A DNA stretch of 64,000 nt from Acidobacteriota bacterium (GTDB taxonomy: Bacteria; Acidobacteriota; Vicinamibacteria; Vicinamibacterales; CAVVIG01). The notes under the pieces were generated by a model. That model did no database searches, was not told the DNA's origin, and saw only the letters and a program-made list of their open reading frames with translations. Location of the stretch: NCBI GenBank assembly GCA_043743165.1, contig JAYTXA010000017.1, forward strand, positions 22,512-86,511. Reading direction: 5' to 3'. This document shows, piece by piece, positions 60,321 through 64,000 of this stretch. The translations under genes and the position numbers were made by a program. Position 1 is the first letter of the stretch. Every line of letters starts with the position of its first letter.

Positions 60321-62305
60321 TTATGGCCGCGTCGGCGCCAGCGTGTTCAGCAGCGCGGTTCTGAAGTAGCCCGGCGGAATCGTGCCCTGACGAATGAACT
60401 CGAGGTGGAACGTCTTCGCCGAGAAGGCCGTGCCTGCGGCCTTCGCCGCTTCCTCGCGCATGGCGTAGATGGCGTCCTTGCCAAGGCGGTAGGTGATGGC
60501 CTGGGTCGGCCACTTCGAGTAGCGGAAGATCGCGCGTTCGGCCGAGTCGCAGCTGGCGCGTTTGGCGTCGCTGGTGACGCGGCCCGCCGCGTCGCAGGCC
60601 CCTGGCAGGAAATCGACGACCTCTGAGAAGAGCGTCGTCGCATCGTCGTAGCCGAGGCGTCCGATGTGGATGCCGGTGTCGATGCGGACGCGGAGGTCGC
60701 GGTACAGCGTGCCCTGCAGTTGATAGAGCCGCTCTTCCGGCGTGTAGAAACCGTTCGGTGCGCCCGGCTGCGGCTCGGCCATCAGCGCCTCGGCGTAGAG
60801 CCCCCAGCCCTCGGCGGCCAGTGAGTCCTGCCACATGGCGGCCGAGTCTTCGACCGCACCCGGAGTGAGCCAGCGGACGGGGGAGAACGACCCCTTCGCC
60901 TGAGTGAGCACTTTGAAGTACCAGTCGTGTCCGGGGAAGCCTTCGTGCGCCGAGAGGTCGGCGAGCGCCGCGCGGTTGTTCGCCTGCAACGCGGCCGGGT
61001 CGTTGCCCGTCGGGGTGACGTAGTAGCGGCCGACACCAGTGGTCTTGAACGGCGGGGCGGGATAGTACGCGGCGCCGTCGATCGACGCGCGCAGCGGCGG
61101 CGGGGTTTCCACCACCTCGAGCTTGTAGTCCGCCGGGACGTCGAAGAGCCCCGTCTTGCGCGCGAAGTCGACCAGCCGGAACGCGGCGTCGCGGTACCAC
61201 GACACCATCTCCGCATCGGATTTCGGGTAGTCCTTCGAGAGCTGATCGAACACGGCCCGCACCGCCGCGGCGCCGTCGGCGGGCAGCGTCAGGCCGTTCT
61301 TCTGGCCAATCTCGCGGGCGAGCGCGATCATCTGCTTCTGCGTTGCCTCGACGATCGGCCATGAGTCGTCGAACAACTGCGCCGCCTTCACTTCGAGGTG
61401 AAAGTTGTTCTCGAGCGCCCAGTTGTATTCGGCGGCACCGACGGCGAAGCGGTCGCCGGCGTAGGCAGGCTTCACCGTCCGTGAACCGGGCTCGAAGAAG
61501 GTGTCGGCGATGAAGGTGCGGAACTGCACGTAGGCGGCGCCCGCCTCGCGTCCCGCCTTGCGGAGGTCGGCGAGCAGGGCGTCGCGCCCGGGGCTCGACG
61601 CGATGCGCTCGGCCGCGATCACCGGCAGCGTGTCGCGGAAGTAGGTGGCGTTGGCCTCGCTGGTGTTGAGGCCGTCGCGCTCGAGCATGCGACGGTCGGC
61701 GACGTTCCCCGACGTGATGCCCGCCTCGAGCTGGGTGCGCGCGACGGCGAGGAAGCCCGGAATCGCCTTCAGGCGCGCCACGACCAGCGCCCACTCCCCG
61801 GGTGTGCCCCAGGTGCGGTCGCCGGTCTGCGTCAGCCCCTGGAGCTGCCAGTCGATGGCGCGGAACGGTTCGCCGACGTAGGTATCGAGCGCACGTTCCT
61901 GGTAGCGACGCACCTGGTGCTGATGCAGCAGGAAGCGCACCTGCGCCACGGCCACGTCCCGGTCGATGAGCACGGTGGGGGTGAGCGCATCGATGTCGAC
62001 GGCGCTGAGGCTGCGGGCGACGATGCCGAGCCATTTGTCCTCGTCGTCGATGGCCGCCTGCGAGTAGTTGCGCAGCGTGCCGTCCACGGCGGCGAGCGCG
62101 GGGTCGAGACCCGCGCCGCCTAGGTAGGTGTTCGTGGTCGGATTGCGCTTTAGGAACTCGACCACGTAGCCCGAGAGCGTCTTCTTGATCAGCGGGTCGC
62201 CCGCGCCGGCATTGCCAAGCGACTGCGTGCCCGGCACCGAGCCGCAGCCCGCAACGAAGAACGCCAGCGTCGCCGCGCCGGCCCACGACGCGCGCATGGT
62301 CCGCG

Positions 62306-62309
<4 letters not shown>
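60321..62309 (-). CDS. DUF885 family lipoprotein (putative metallopeptidase)
   Basis: VAGC lipobox; HEGFPGH, EGWGLYAE, IDTGIH and PTQAITY.LG motifs. Confidence 0.9.
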
Positions 62310-63091
<782 letters not shown>

Positions 63092-63282
63092 TCCGTCATT
63101 TTGGCACGGGTAGGAGGGGGCCGGCCGTTCAGACAACGATGTTGGCGCCGCAGCGGCAGTCGGACGAATTTGTTGATCGCGCCTGCTGGGCGTTTGCGAA
63201 AATGCCAGAGTTTCGGGTGAGGCATACTCGAAGCCGAGGCAGGTGGTTTGCAGTTGACCAGCTGGAAGCGAGGACCAGACCG

Positions 63283-64000
63283 ATGACGAATGATCCCGGA
63301 ACCCCGATGCGCAGACGCGACCTGCTCAGGCTGATTGGCAGCGTGGCTGGCAGCACGGTGATGTACCAGGCGATGAACACGCTTGGCCTGAATGCCGAGT
63401 CGACCTACAAAGGACCGGTCTCGCTCGAGGGGAACCCCAGGGGCGCGTCGGTGCTGGTCCTCGGCGCCGGCCTCGCGGGTATGGTGGCGGCGCTCGAACT
63501 GCGGAAGGCGGGCTACACGGTCCAGATCCTCGAGTACCAGGCGCGTGCCGGCGGCCGCTGCTGGACGATTCGCGGCGGCGACACGGTCACCGAACTTGGC
63601 GGTGAGACGCAGACCTGCACCTTCGACAAGGACCTGTACCTGAATCCCGGGCCGTGGCGCATCCCGTCGCACCATCACGCGGTGATGGACTATTGCCGGC
63701 GGCTCGGCGTCGCACTCGAGCCGTTCATGCAGGTGAACCACAACGCCTACATCCACGCGAAGGACGCCTATGGCGGGAAACCGCAGCGGTTCCGTCACCT
63801 GAAGGCCGACTTCGAGGGGAGCGTGGCCGAACTGCTGGCCAAGGCCGCCAGCCAGGGCGCGCTCGATCAGGCGGTGACCGGCGGCGACAAGGAACTGCTG
63901 CTGGAGTCGCTCCGCAACTGGGGCGCGCTCGATGCCAACTACAAGTACGTGAAGGGGCCGCAGTCGAGCGACCGTCGCGGCTTCGAGAAGGACCCGGGCG
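63283..64000 (+). CDS. Flavin monoamine oxidase / L-amino-acid oxidase family, Tat-exported (runs off window end)
   Basis: Manual translation MTNDPGTPMRRRDLLRLIG... (twin-Arg); VLGAGLAG, E...RAGGR and NPGPWRIP motifs. Confidence 0.9.
   Translation, partial: MTNDPGTPMRRRDLLRLIGSVAGSTVMYQAMNTLGLNAESTYKGPVSLEGNPRGASVLVLGAGLAGMVAALELRKAGYTVQILEYQARAGGRCWTIRGGDTVTELGGETQTCTFDKDLYLNPGPWRIPSHHHAVMDYCRRLGVALEPFMQVNHNAYIHAKDAYGGKPQRFRHLKADFEGSVAELLAKAASQGALDQAVTGGDKELLLESLRNWGALDANYKYVKGPQSSDRRGFEKDPG

Overview
High-GC bacterial chromosome segment. The gene content (paired acidobacterial-type VWA proteins, BACON/DUF5666 lipoprotein, GTAG-type REPs) suggests Acidobacteriota, probably Vicinamibacteria; this is inference. 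Most of the window is housekeeping and envelope genes: ahcY and metH each behind its own ArsR-methyltransferase (SahR-like) regulator, glnS, separated type II topoisomerase B and A subunits, leuB, glutamine synthetase III, a LiaF-like/LytS/LytTR locus and several peptidases. I found no rRNA, tRNA, CRISPR array, transposase or prophage. The most unusual element is a secreted S8 protease (15122..17311). Its C-terminus carries 19 exact NIVWGT hexapeptides plus 2 variants, separated by variable 2-8 aa linkers. It has a candidate sigma-54 promoter and a RimJ/RimL-type GNAT gene 5 bp downstream, making it a candidate peptide-release/signalling or self-assembly system. Other observations are paired ATC-N10-GAT operators for the two SahR-like paralogues, four sigma-54-like promoters at exported-protein genes, many leaderless-type promoters and several intergenic repeat families. 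All family calls come from motif recognition by eye; no searches were run.
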